From: Armatimonadota bacterium | GTDB lineage: Bacteria > Armatimonadota > UBA10988 | DNA: 64,000 bases | NCBI GenBank assembly: GCA_016235455.1 | Contig: JACRKZ010000057.1 | Location: 1 to 64,000 of the forward strand | Direction: 5' to 3' | Shown: positions 1 to 9,321 of the stretch, piece after piece | Layout of the letters: every line of letters starts with the position of its first letter | Numbering within the stretch: position 1 is the stretch's first letter | The notes under the pieces: model-generated | The model's database searches: none | The model's input: the letters and a program-made list of their open reading frames with translations, nothing else | What the model was told of the DNA's origin: nothing | Made by a program: the position numbers and the translations under genes

Positions 1-2
1 CC

Positions 3-236
3 GATGATGTGGAAGTCACGCGCCTGGTCGGTGCGGTGGACGTCGTCTATACCGATGAGCGGACCTACGGATCAGCCCTCGACTGGTTCCGCCGCTTCGA
101 CCACTAGCGTTTCTCGTTCGTCGACTGCACCTCGTTCGCCACCATGGCCCAGCGCGGCATCATCGAGGCGCTGAACGGCGACCGCCACTTCGCCGCGGCG
201 GGGTTCGTGCCGTTGGGGGTACGACCGGAGCCGTAA
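3..236 (+). pseudogene. VapC-like PIN-domain toxin, 3' part, with in-frame TAG at 105-107 (5' end outside window)
   Basis: Manual translation of frame 3: ...ALDWFRRFDH*RFSFVDCTSFATMAQRGIIEALNGDRHFAAAGF...; SFVDCTSF and DRHF..AGF match the VapC PIN C-terminal motifs; TAA at 234-236. Not in the ORF track. Confidence 0.7.
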
Positions 237-253
237 CGCGCAGGGGAAGACCG

Positions 254-955
254 ATGGCCATGGATGGTCCGCTGAGCCACTACGCTTTCTGGCAGCGGCT
301 CGTCAGTGGGCTCACGCACCAGGCGCTCCACGGCATCTCGCAGGCCGACTACGGCAACGACGCCGGGGCTCATCTCGCCGCGCTGGAAGTGATCTCATCC
401 GCTGGCGTTGTGCCGGTGCCGCTTGAATGGGAGCCCCGCGAGGTGCTGGAACTCACCTTGTGGGGCGCGGACAGCCTGGATTGCGCCGAGCACGCGCAGG
501 CCGTGCTCTTCGCCGGCGTCGTCTTGGCGACGACGGAAGTCGTGTCGCCTGACCGCGGACCAGAGTCGCACGCACTCGCCACCGCCCTATTGCAGAGCGT
601 CACGTTCCTGGGCGGGTGCTGGGTCGACGAGCTGCTGGTCTGGCTGCGCGACCTCGCGACGGCGGCCTACGAGCGGGAACGCGCGCGAGGCTGGTGCGAC
701 AACGGACCGGCGGCCTTCGCTCTGGCTGGGCTGATCCTGGCGTCACGGGCCGCGCGCCCGCCCGACGAACGCGGATGGTGGCGCGCGCGCATCGACGAGG
801 CCCGGAATGCATGGCAGGAGTTGCGTAACGAGAGCGTGTGGACCGTGTTCGACTACGAGTGGCGCTGGTTCGTCTGGGAGGAACTGATGGCCCCCGTGCA
901 TCGCGATGTCGTCGGCTTCCGTCCTCCGGGCGCAGCGGGCAGGAAGCAGGGATAG
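254..955 (+). CDS. Hypothetical protein (233 aa)
   Basis: RBS-like GGGGAAG before ATG; protein-like composition (ADYGND..HLAAL..VPxPLEWEPREVLEL); fills the gap between the PIN gene and the sulfatase. Confidence 0.65.
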   Translation: MAMDGPLSHYAFWQRLVSGLTHQALHGISQADYGNDAGAHLAALEVISSAGVVPVPLEWEPREVLELTLWGADSLDCAEHAQAVLFAGVVLATTEVVSPDRGPESHALATALLQSVTFLGGCWVDELLVWLRDLATAAYERERARGWCDNGPAAFALAGLILASRAARPPDERGWWRARIDEARNAWQELRNESVWTVFDYEWRWFVWEELMAPVHRDVVGFRPPGAAGRKQG

Positions 956-988
956 CGCGGCCAATAACCCACCCAGCGAGGCCGCCCC

Positions 989-2476
989 ATGAAAGCCGTC
1001 GTCGTCATGTACGACTCCCTGAACCGCCGCCACCTGCCGCCGTATGGCTGCGACTGGACCCATGCCCCCAACTTCGCCCGGCTGGCAGAGCGCGCGGTGA
1101 CCTTCGACAACAGCTACGTCTGCTCCATGCCCTGCATGCCCGCGCGGCGCGACTACCTCACCGGCCGGCCGAACTTCCTGCACCGCTCATGGGGTCCGCT
1201 GGAGCCGTTCGACGACAGCTTCCCCGCGCTGCTGCGGCGTGCTGGGGTCAGCAGCCACATGATCACCGACCACTACCACTACTTCGAGGCTGGTGGCGCC
1301 ACCTACCATACCGAGTTCGATACCTGGCAGTTCTTCCGAGGTCATGAGGGCGACCCCTGGATGGGCCAGGTAGGGCCGGTCGAACGGCCCACCGAGGTCG
1401 TGGGCCGCGCCGGGGCCATGGGCGCGTTCGAGCGGCAGGACTGGGTCAACCGCGGCTTCCTGGGCAGCGAGGAACTGCAACCCCAGTCGCTGACCTTCGC
1501 CGCCGGGCTCGACTTCATCGAGCGCAACAGCGACCAGGACCAGTGGCTGCTGCACCTGGAGACCTTCGACCCGCATGAGCCGTTCTACAGCCAGCAGCAC
1601 TACAAGGATCTCTACCCCCACGACTACCAGGGCGCGCACTTCGACTGGCCGTCGTATGGCTTCGTCAAGGAGACGCCCGAGGAGGTCGAGCACTGCCGCC
1701 TCGAGTATGCGGCCGTGCTGAGCATGTGCGATGCCAAGCTGGGCCTGGTGCTCGACACGTTCGACCGGCTGAACCTGTGGGACGACACCATGCTCATCGT
1801 CTGGACCGACCACGGGTTCATGCTGGGTGAGCACGGCATGTGGGCCAAATGCTGGCAGCCGTTCTATCAGGAGATCGCCCACACGCCGTTCTTCGTGTGG
1901 GATCCGCGCTGCCGGGCCGCCGGCGAGCATCGCCAGGCGTTGGTGCAGCCGTCGCTTGACCTGGCGCCGACGTTGCTCGAGTTCTTCGGGCTCGCGCCCA
2001 CGGAGCGCATGTTGGGTCACGACCTGGCCCAGACGGTGGCTGACGACTCCGCGGTGCGCGAGGCCGGCATCTTCGGGCTGCATGGCGGGCACGTCAACGT
2101 CACCGACGGCCAGCATGTGTACATGCGCGCGCCGGTCGAGGCCGATGCGCCGCTGTACAACTACACGCTCATGCCGTGTGACATGCGCACGCGCTGGGCT
2201 CCCGAGCGTTTCGCCCAGGCTACGTTGGCTGAGCCGTTCTCCTTCACCCGCGACTGCCCGACGCTGCGCACGCCGGCGGGCGGGGCATGGTCGAAAGCGT
2301 GGGAGTGGGGTACGCTGTTGTACGATGTCGTAATGGATCCCGGTCAGCAGGCACCACTGTCGGATGACGTGGTGGAAGCGGTGATGGTCGCGCACCTGCG
2401 CCGCGAGATGGCCGCGTGTGATGCGCCGACGGAGTCGTACGCGCGGTTCGGCTTGGCGCCAGGTGACAGCGAGTGA
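989..2476 (+). CDS. Cys-type (formylglycine-dependent) sulfatase, cytoplasmic
   Basis: N-terminal VVMYDSL, CMPARR (CxPxR) followed by LTGR, DPHEP and WTDHG metal motifs; no signal peptide. Confidence 0.9.
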   Translation: MKAVVVMYDSLNRRHLPPYGCDWTHAPNFARLAERAVTFDNSYVCSMPCMPARRDYLTGRPNFLHRSWGPLEPFDDSFPALLRRAGVSSHMITDHYHYFEAGGATYHTEFDTWQFFRGHEGDPWMGQVGPVERPTEVVGRAGAMGAFERQDWVNRGFLGSEELQPQSLTFAAGLDFIERNSDQDQWLLHLETFDPHEPFYSQQHYKDLYPHDYQGAHFDWPSYGFVKETPEEVEHCRLEYAAVLSMCDAKLGLVLDTFDRLNLWDDTMLIVWTDHGFMLGEHGMWAKCWQPFYQEIAHTPFFVWDPRCRAAGEHRQALVQPSLDLAPTLLEFFGLAPTERMLGHDLAQTVADDSAVREAGIFGLHGGHVNVTDGQHVYMRAPVEADAPLYNYTLMPCDMRTRWAPERFAQATLAEPFSFTRDCPTLRTPAGGAWSKAWEWGTLLYDVVMDPGQQAPLSDDVVEAVMVAHLRREMAACDAPTESYARFGLAPGDSE

Positions 2477-3549
2477 ACGCGATGGCTGAGAACGGGCACC
2501 GGCACGAACCGTCGTTCCAACGGCTGGAGCAGGCCATGTTGTGCCAAGGCCAGCCCGACCGCGTGCCGCTGTTTGAGCTGATCCTCGACGAGCAGCGCCG
2601 CGTGCTGCGCCATCTGGGCCTGCTGCGCCCACGGCCGTCGCGCGACGATGTCGACTGGGATCTGCACCAGCATCTGGACCATCAGCTCACGCTCGGCTAC
2701 GACTACCTGCTGGTTGACCCGACCAACTTCTATTTCCCGCATGTGGAGCGGCCGCGTGCCTGGACGCCCGATGGCTGGCGGCAGTACCAGATGGCCGGCC
2801 TGCGCACCATCAGTTGCCGCGCCGATCTGGAGCGCTATCCCTGGCCGGACCCTCAAGAGGCCGACCTGGCGCGGCTCGACCGCGCGCTGCAGGTCATGCC
2901 CGCGGGCATGAAGGTCATCAGCGGACTGACCGGCATCTTCGAGACGGCGCGCAACCTGCTTGGCTTCGAGGGCATCTGCTATCTGCTGGCCGACGACCCC
3001 GACCTGGTCCGCGATACCTTCGCCGCCGTCGGCGAGCGCGTGGTGGCCGTGGTCAGTCAGGTGGCTGCCCATCCCGCCGTGGGCGCGGTCTATCTGGCCG
3101 ACGACATGGGCTGGCGCCAGCAGACATTGGTGGCGCCCGGCGTGCTCGAGGAACTGCTGTTCCCCTGGCACCGACGCGTGGCCCGCGCCATCCACTCCCG
3201 CGGCAAGCCGGCCATCCTGCACACGTGTGGCAACGTCAACGAGGTGCTCGACCGCATCATCGACTGCGGTTGGGACGCCAAGCACTCATTCGAGGACGCC
3301 ATCGCGCCGGCCTGGGACATCAAGGCTCGCATGGCGGGGCGCATGGCGGTGCTGGGTGGGTTCGACGTGCACAAGCTGGCGCGGCTGAGCGCCGACGACG
3401 TGCGGCTGCACACGCTCGAACTGCTGGAGCGCTGCGCGCCGGGCGGCGGGTTCGCTGTCGGCAGCGGCGTGTGCGTGGCCAGCTATGTGCCGGTCGAGAA
3501 CTACCTGGCCATGGTCGCCGCCTGCCACGAGTTCAACGCGGCGAGTTGA
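2473..3549 (+). CDS. Uroporphyrinogen decarboxylase / MtaA-CmuA-like (URO-D family) protein
   Basis: PDRVPLFE, DLERYPWPD, LLGFEG, ADDMG, ILHTCGN, LGGFD, GGFAVGSG, VPVENY motifs; GTG overlaps the sulfatase stop (alternative ATG at 2482). Confidence 0.8.
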   Translation: MNAMAENGHRHEPSFQRLEQAMLCQGQPDRVPLFELILDEQRRVLRHLGLLRPRPSRDDVDWDLHQHLDHQLTLGYDYLLVDPTNFYFPHVERPRAWTPDGWRQYQMAGLRTISCRADLERYPWPDPQEADLARLDRALQVMPAGMKVISGLTGIFETARNLLGFEGICYLLADDPDLVRDTFAAVGERVVAVVSQVAAHPAVGAVYLADDMGWRQQTLVAPGVLEELLFPWHRRVARAIHSRGKPAILHTCGNVNEVLDRIIDCGWDAKHSFEDAIAPAWDIKARMAGRMAVLGGFDVHKLARLSADDVRLHTLELLERCAPGGGFAVGSGVCVASYVPVENYLAMVAACHEFNAAS

Positions 3550-3693
3550 CCTGCCAGCCGGCCTTCGTGTTCTTGACCCTTTCGCGCGAGTCGGCCGGCA
3601 CCATCGCCATGGGTCGTATACTCAGCTATGGCTCGGCCGGCGCGGGCAGCCCCAATCTCGCCGCGCGGCGGGGCATGAAGGAGGAGACTCGTC

Positions 3694-5181
3694 ATGCCAG
3701 GCAGTGATCCCATCAAGGTCTACGACGCGCGTTGGGAAGTCACCGATTTCGACGACGCGCAGGTGACCCGCCTGTTCGAGGCCACGCTGGCCTATGGCCG
3801 CCTGATCGGCGTCGACACCGTCACCTTCACGCGTGACGCGCGCCTCGCCGCCGGCCATGTCATGGAACTCGGTGTTCAGGCCGCGCTGCGCCTGGGCTTC
3901 CGCGTGTTCCTGCGGCCCGAGCCCATCTCCACCCCGCAGGGCTACTTCACCACGCTGTGGGTCAGTCGCGACCATCCCGGCACCATGGGCCTGGCTATCA
4001 CTGCCTCACACAACCCCGGCGGCTACATCGGCGTCAAGTTCACCGTGCCCACGGTCCGCGCCATCGGCTACAACTGCGGCCCGCTGGACGGGCTGGCCAA
4101 GGTGCGTGAGCTGTATCACAACGGCGAGACGTTCGCCGACCAGCCGGGCGGCGAACTCCACCTGCTCGACCTGAGCCGCGAGTTCCTCGACTACTCGCTG
4201 GCCGCCGCCGGTGTCGGGCCGGGCGATCTGGCCGGCCTGACCGTCGTGCTCGACACGTTTAACGGCTCGGCCGGGCCCGAGCTGTTCTGGGCGCTCACCC
4301 ACGCCGGCGTCAAGGTGCTACCCCTGCGGCTCGTGCCCGACGGCACCTTCCCCACCGGCTCGCCCAACCCCACCAGCCAGGGCAAGCTCGACGGCGCCGT
4401 GGCTCTGGCCAAGGCGACCGGCGCGCAGGTCGTGCTGGGCATCGACGGCGACGGCGACCGTATGGTCTTCGGCGACGGCCGCGGCATCCTGACCGCCGGC
4501 TTCGTCACGCTGCCCATCATCGCCGCAGCCCAGGTGCCGGCCGGCGCGCCGGTGCTGTATGACCCCAAGGTCAGCCCGCTGGCGCTGGCGGAGTGGGGCA
4601 AGCTGGGCGTGAAGCCCGTGCTGTTCCGCAACGGCCACTCGCAGATCAAGGACTACATGCACCAGATCGGTGCGCCCGCGGCGGCCGAGGAGTCGGGCCA
4701 CTACTACCACGAGTTGAAGCTCGACGGCCTGACCGTGAGCAGCGAGAACTCGGTGCTCACCGTGCTGCTGTTCCTCCGCGCCGTGGCCGCGGATCCGGGC
4801 CTGATGGACCGCTTGCGCGCGCTTCAAGACCAGGTCTTCACCACGGGTGAGTTCAACTATCAGTTCGCCGACAACGAGACTCGCGACGCGGCCATGGCAG
4901 CGGTCATCGCCCATTTCGTGGCCGAGGGCGCCGACACGGTGACGCACACGCCCGATGGCATCGATCTGGAAGGCACTGTGCTCAACCGCGGCGTTCACCT
5001 CGAGCCCGGCCGGGTCGGTCTCGACGAGGGCTGGTACAGCGGCTACCTGCGCGTGGCCACCAACGAGAAGGGCGTCGTACGCAGCTACTTCTCCGCGGGC
5101 GACACGACCCATGGCCGACGGGTCGAAACCGAGACGCGCCACATGCTCGCCGATCAGTTCGGCGGCCAGGTCATCGAATAA
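3694..5181 (+). CDS. Alpha-D-phosphohexomutase (PMM/PGM family)
   Basis: ITASHNP phosphoserine loop, DGDGDR metal loop, AEESGHYY sugar loop; strong RBS AAGGAGGAG. Confidence 0.88.
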   Translation: MPGSDPIKVYDARWEVTDFDDAQVTRLFEATLAYGRLIGVDTVTFTRDARLAAGHVMELGVQAALRLGFRVFLRPEPISTPQGYFTTLWVSRDHPGTMGLAITASHNPGGYIGVKFTVPTVRAIGYNCGPLDGLAKVRELYHNGETFADQPGGELHLLDLSREFLDYSLAAAGVGPGDLAGLTVVLDTFNGSAGPELFWALTHAGVKVLPLRLVPDGTFPTGSPNPTSQGKLDGAVALAKATGAQVVLGIDGDGDRMVFGDGRGILTAGFVTLPIIAAAQVPAGAPVLYDPKVSPLALAEWGKLGVKPVLFRNGHSQIKDYMHQIGAPAAAEESGHYYHELKLDGLTVSSENSVLTVLLFLRAVAADPGLMDRLRALQDQVFTTGEFNYQFADNETRDAAMAAVIAHFVAEGADTVTHTPDGIDLEGTVLNRGVHLEPGRVGLDEGWYSGYLRVATNEKGVVRSYFSAGDTTHGRRVETETRHMLADQFGGQVIE

Positions 5182-5198
5182 CGAAGGTGGATGTGCAG

Positions 5199-6185
5199 AT
5201 GAAGCAGGTCAAGAAGGCGGTCATTACGGCGGCGGGTCGCGGCACGCGGCAGTATCCGGCCTCCAGCGCGGTCCAGAAGGAAATGTTCCCGATGGTCGAC
5301 CGCGACGGCTTGAGCAAGCCGGTCATCCAGATCATCGGTGAGGAGGCGCTGGCCGCGGGCGTGGAGGAGATCTGTATCGTCACCCAGCCGGGCGACGAGG
5401 ATATCTACCGCTCGTATTTCCAGCGCATGGGCAACGAGGAGTTGCGCGTCTTCCGCGGCAAGGACTGGGCCATCCTGGAGTCCGAGAAGCTGCAGGAGTT
5501 TGGCGAGCGCCTGACCTTCGTGGCTCAGGAGACCCAGGAAGGCTACGGCCACGCGGTCTATCAGGCCAAGGAGTTCGTCGGCGACGACCCGTTCCTGCTG
5601 ATGCTCGGCGACCACATCTACATCAGCGCCGACAACGGCGACCGCAACTGCGCGCGCCAGCTCATCGACAAGTACGATGCCAGCGGGCTGCAGGTCATGA
5701 CCGGCGTGCAGATGACGCCGGGCAACCTGCTGCACCTGTTTGGCACGCTGGCCTGCGAGTTGCTCGATCCGGTCCACGGCTACTACCGCGTGGACCAGAT
5801 CATCGAGAAGCCGAGCGAGGCGTATGCCGCGGCGCACCTGCGCACCAACGGCCTGCCACCGGGCACCTACCTCTGCCACTTCGGCATGCATGTGTTCCCC
5901 AGCGCCATCTTCGATGCGCTGGAGCACCACATCACCAACAACATCCGTGAAAAGGGCGAGATCCAGCTGACCAGCAGCCAGGAGTACATGCGGACCGACC
6001 TCCTGCCCGAAGGGCAGTATGGCGCTTGCACCATCGACGGCCAGCGCTTCGATACGGGCATCCCGTACGGCCTGATGGAGTCGCAGATCGCGCTGGCCCT
6101 GGCCGGCACACACCGCGCCGAGATTGTCGAGGCGATTGCCCGGCTGCTGGCCGAGCAGTTGCGGAGCATGTCGCGGCTGGCGTAG
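5199..6185 (+). CDS. galU: UTP--glucose-1-phosphate uridylyltransferase-like nucleotidyltransferase
   Basis: KAVITAAGRGTRQYPAS..VQKEMFP, QEGYGHAV, LMLGDH, IIEKP, GEIQLT, RFDTG. Start at ATG 5199 (GTG 5187 possible). Confidence 0.8.
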   Translation: MKQVKKAVITAAGRGTRQYPASSAVQKEMFPMVDRDGLSKPVIQIIGEEALAAGVEEICIVTQPGDEDIYRSYFQRMGNEELRVFRGKDWAILESEKLQEFGERLTFVAQETQEGYGHAVYQAKEFVGDDPFLLMLGDHIYISADNGDRNCARQLIDKYDASGLQVMTGVQMTPGNLLHLFGTLACELLDPVHGYYRVDQIIEKPSEAYAAAHLRTNGLPPGTYLCHFGMHVFPSAIFDALEHHITNNIREKGEIQLTSSQEYMRTDLLPEGQYGACTIDGQRFDTGIPYGLMESQIALALAGTHRAEIVEAIARLLAEQLRSMSRLA

Positions 6186-6205
6186 TGCCGCTGCCCTCGG
6201 TCATA

Positions 6206-6241
6206 AGCCCCGGCCCGAGCCAGAAGGTATCGGCCGGGGCT
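6206..6241. terminator. GC-rich hairpin after galU (possible terminator)
   Basis: AGCCCCGGCC ... GGCCGGGGCT, 10-bp inverted repeat; no clear U-tract. Confidence 0.35.
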
Positions 6242-6258
6242 GTGTCGTATTGGCACAC

Positions 6259-7218
6259 ATGGTTCCGATACCACGACTCGAACGCGTCTCCGATCTGGTG
6301 CTCCTCGCGGGCGCGCTGCCGCCGCGCACCGTCGTCATCCCTGGCGGTGACCGCGAGGACGACCTGCGCCTGGTGGAATCCGCGCGCGACCACGGCATCG
6401 TCGAGCGCTGCCTGCTGGTGGGCGATGGCGACTCCATCCGCCGCGCAGCCAACGCCGTCGGTATCAAGGTGGCGGCGGAAGACATCATTGCCACGGCCAG
6501 CGCGGAGGAGGCCGCCGCACGGACCATCGAGCTCGTGCGCTCGGGCACCGCGGAGATCATCCTCAAGGGCAATATCTCCACGCCCATCCTCAACCGCGCC
6601 ATCCTGTCCATCGCCCAGCGCGAGACCATCAGCTTGGTCACGCTGTTCGATGCGGCGCCTATCGCCGGTGGGCGGCCGCTGCTGCTGACCGACCCCGGCG
6701 TCACCACCGTGTGTGACAAGCGCCGCATGACCGGGCTCATCCGCAACGCCATCGACGTGGCCCACGCCGTGCTCGACCTGGAGCGGCCGCGGGTGGCGCT
6801 GCTCTCGGCCAACGAGAAGGTCATCGCCTCGCTACCGTCCACCGGCATGGCCCAGGAGCTGGCGGCGGAGCCGTGGCCCGACGCGGCGGTCTATGGGCCG
6901 CTGTCGTTCGACCTGGCGGTCAGTCCGGAGTCGGTCAGCCTCAAGGAAGGCGCCCTGTCCGCGGCGGCGGCCGAGGTGGCGGGTCAGGCCGACATTCTCG
7001 TCTGCCCCGGCATCGACGCGGCCAACGTGCTGTACAAGGTGGTCATGGAGCTGGTGCGCTACGGTCTGGGCACTACCGCCGGTCTGACCATGGGCGTGGC
7101 CGTGCCGTATGTCATTCTGTCGCGTGCCGACAACGTCGAGACCAAACTGCAGTCGATTGCGCTGTGCAGCCTGGCGCGCGAGCGCCTGGACTGGGCTGGG
7201 GGAGAGGGATCGTCATGA
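6259..7218 (+). CDS. Phosphate acetyl/butyryltransferase (Ptb-like)
   Basis: IILKGNIST, LTDPGV, VALLSANEKV, YGPLSFDLAVS, ADILVCP.IDAANVLYK, ILSRAD; likely start is ATG 6259 inside the longer ORF. Confidence 0.85.
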   Translation: MVPIPRLERVSDLVLLAGALPPRTVVIPGGDREDDLRLVESARDHGIVERCLLVGDGDSIRRAANAVGIKVAAEDIIATASAEEAAARTIELVRSGTAEIILKGNISTPILNRAILSIAQRETISLVTLFDAAPIAGGRPLLLTDPGVTTVCDKRRMTGLIRNAIDVAHAVLDLERPRVALLSANEKVIASLPSTGMAQELAAEPWPDAAVYGPLSFDLAVSPESVSLKEGALSAAAAEVAGQADILVCPGIDAANVLYKVVMELVRYGLGTTAGLTMGVAVPYVILSRADNVETKLQSIALCSLARERLDWAGGEGSS

Positions 7219-7706
7219 CACCTGCGGGCAGCGAGAACCAGCATTGGGTCTTCCGCGTCGATGTGGCCGACCGCGCCGGCGCGGTGACCAGCATCGCCTC
7301 GGCCTTCTCCAACCGCGGCATCTCCATCGAGACGCTCGTGGGCCACGGCGCGGCGTACCCGGGTGCGGGTGGCGGCGCCGTCGTGGTCACCTTCTTCTGT
7401 TCGCGCGAGGCCAAGGACGAGATCGTGCGCGTCGTGCAGCGCCTGTCCAAGGTCATCTCGCTGCAGGAGCATCCCTACGACTCCGACGAACTGCGCAAGA
7501 GCGGGCTGATCCGCGTCAGCCGCCGGCTGGCGCCGACCGACGTGGCCGGACGTGAGGCCTTCTTGACCTGTGAACTGGTGCGCTCCGACCGCAGCAGCTT
7601 CACCTACTTCGTGGCCGGCTCGCCGTCGGAGCTCGACCCCATCATCGGCCGCCTGGCCGAGAGCGGGGTGCTGGTGGACATCGTCTACGCGGTGATCGGC
7701 GCGTGA
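7215..7706 (+). CDS. ACT-domain protein (IlvH/IlvN-like regulatory subunit)
   Basis: VDVADRAGAVTSIASAFSNRGISIETL is a typical ACT N-terminal motif; ATGA overlap with the ptb-like stop; RBS GGAGAGG. Confidence 0.7.
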   Translation: MTPAGSENQHWVFRVDVADRAGAVTSIASAFSNRGISIETLVGHGAAYPGAGGGAVVVTFFCSREAKDEIVRVVQRLSKVISLQEHPYDSDELRKSGLIRVSRRLAPTDVAGREAFLTCELVRSDRSSFTYFVAGSPSELDPIIGRLAESGVLVDIVYAVIGA

Positions 7707-7793
7707 CTCTGGCCTGAAGGTGCCGCGCGCGCCGGCGCGAACACCCCGCTGGGCCGAGCGCCCGCCACGCGGTGCGCCGGCCGGAGGGGTGCC

Positions 7794-8858
7794 ATGCAGC
7801 ACGATTCCGTGACGCGTCGGGCGTTTCTCAAGGATGCGGCGGCCGCCGCGGCCGGTGTGGCCATGGCCAGCGCCGTGGCGCGGGCCGAACCCGAACCGCC
7901 CATCCTCAACCGCAACGAGCAGATGGAGTATCGCCGGCTCGGCAAGACCGGGCTGATGGTCTCGGCTATCTGCCTCGGCGGCCACTGGAAGCGCATCGCC
8001 TCCATGGGCGGCAGCGGCTACGACCGCCTCGCGGGCAACACCGAGGAGTTCGACAAGAACCGCGCCGAGGTCATCAGCCGTTGCATCGATGTGGGCATCA
8101 ACTACGTCGACGCCTGCTCCAGCGGCGAGATCCTGACCTACGCCAAGGCATTGAAGGGTCGCCGCGAGAAGATGTACATGGGCTTCTCGTGGTACGAGCG
8201 CGAGCCGCGCTTCCCCGAGTACCGTAAGGCCGAGGCGCTGGTCAAGGGTTTCGACGACGGCCTGAAAGAGGCGGGGCTCGAGTATGTTGACGTGTGGCGC
8301 ATGTCGGCCCTGATGACCGGCTCGGAGCATACCGACGGCGATGTCGACGAGATGGTCGCCGCCTTTGGCAAGGTCCATGAGCAGGGCAAGGCCCGCTTCA
8401 TGGGCATCTCGTCGCACGACCGTGAATGGCTCGGGAAGGTCATCGCCCGCTGCCCTCAGGTGTCGGTCATCCTCACGCCGTATACGGCATCGAGCAAGGT
8501 CAAGCCCGTCGACAGCCTGTTCGACGCGGTCAAGGCGCACGATGTCGGCGTGTTCGGCATCAAGCCTTTCTCCAGCGGCTCGCTGTTCAAGGATGGCGCG
8601 GGCGCTGGCGGCTCCCATACCGACCGCGACGACGAGCTGGCGCGGCTGGCCTTGCGCTACATCCTCTGCAACGACGCTGTGACGGCGCCCATACCCGGCA
8701 TGATCAGTCTGCACCAGGTGGACAACGCGGCCCGCGCCGTGCGCGAGCGCCGGGAGCTCGACGTCAAGGAGGCGGCCCGCCTGGACCAGGCGGCGCGCGA
8801 GATGATGGCCGCGCTGCCGCCCGACTACCACTGGTTGCGCGACCACGAGTGGGTCTGA
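7794..8858 (+). CDS. Tat-signal aldo/keto-reductase-fold protein (divergent)
   Basis: VTRRAFLK twin-arginine motif plus Ala-rich h-region and ARA cleavage site; MEYRRLGKTGLMVSAICLGG, GINYVD, GKARFMGISSH, GIKPFSSG, LALRYIL, PIPGM; RBS GGAGG. Confidence 0.85.
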   Translation: MQHDSVTRRAFLKDAAAAAAGVAMASAVARAEPEPPILNRNEQMEYRRLGKTGLMVSAICLGGHWKRIASMGGSGYDRLAGNTEEFDKNRAEVISRCIDVGINYVDACSSGEILTYAKALKGRREKMYMGFSWYEREPRFPEYRKAEALVKGFDDGLKEAGLEYVDVWRMSALMTGSEHTDGDVDEMVAAFGKVHEQGKARFMGISSHDREWLGKVIARCPQVSVILTPYTASSKVKPVDSLFDAVKAHDVGVFGIKPFSSGSLFKDGAGAGGSHTDRDDELARLALRYILCNDAVTAPIPGMISLHQVDNAARAVRERRELDVKEAARLDQAAREMMAALPPDYHWLRDHEWV

Positions 8859-8870
8859 GCGGAGGTGTCC

Positions 8871-9317
8871 ATGCGCGGGCTCTATCGCGTGGCGACGGCG
8901 GTGGCGCTGGGCCTGCTGGCCCTGGCGGCGCCGACGATCGGTCAGCAGGCCAGCCGGCCGTTGCCCCGTGACAACACGCTGTGCCTGACCTGCCACATCA
9001 ACTTCGAGACCGAAGACATCGTGGCCAAGCACCTGGCCGCCAAGCTGACCTGCGCGCACTGTCATGGCCTCTCGTATGACCATGCCAACGACGAGGAGTC
9101 GGCGGCCAAGCCGGACGTGCTGTTTGGCCGCACCGAGGTCAGCCCGTTCTGCGGCAAGTGCCACGAGCAGCACAAGCGGCCCGAGGTCGTGGCCAAGGCG
9201 CTGGCCGACTGGAAGGGCAGTCGCCGCCCCAACGGGCGGCTGATCCGCGAGAACGCGATGTGCACCGACTGCCACGGTGACCATCGCCTGCCGCACGCGG
9301 GTCCGACGCGGACGTAG
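8871..9317 (+). CDS. Small exported tetraheme cytochrome c (c3/c7-like), 148 aa
   Basis: Four CxxCH motifs (CLTCH, CAHCH, CGKCH, CTDCH), extra His residues as candidate distal ligands, Sec-type signal peptide; RBS GGAGG at 8861. Confidence 0.88.
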   Translation: MRGLYRVATAVALGLLALAAPTIGQQASRPLPRDNTLCLTCHINFETEDIVAKHLAAKLTCAHCHGLSYDHANDEESAAKPDVLFGRTEVSPFCGKCHEQHKRPEVVAKALADWKGSRRPNGRLIRENAMCTDCHGDHRLPHAGPTRT

Positions 9318-9321
9318 ATAG

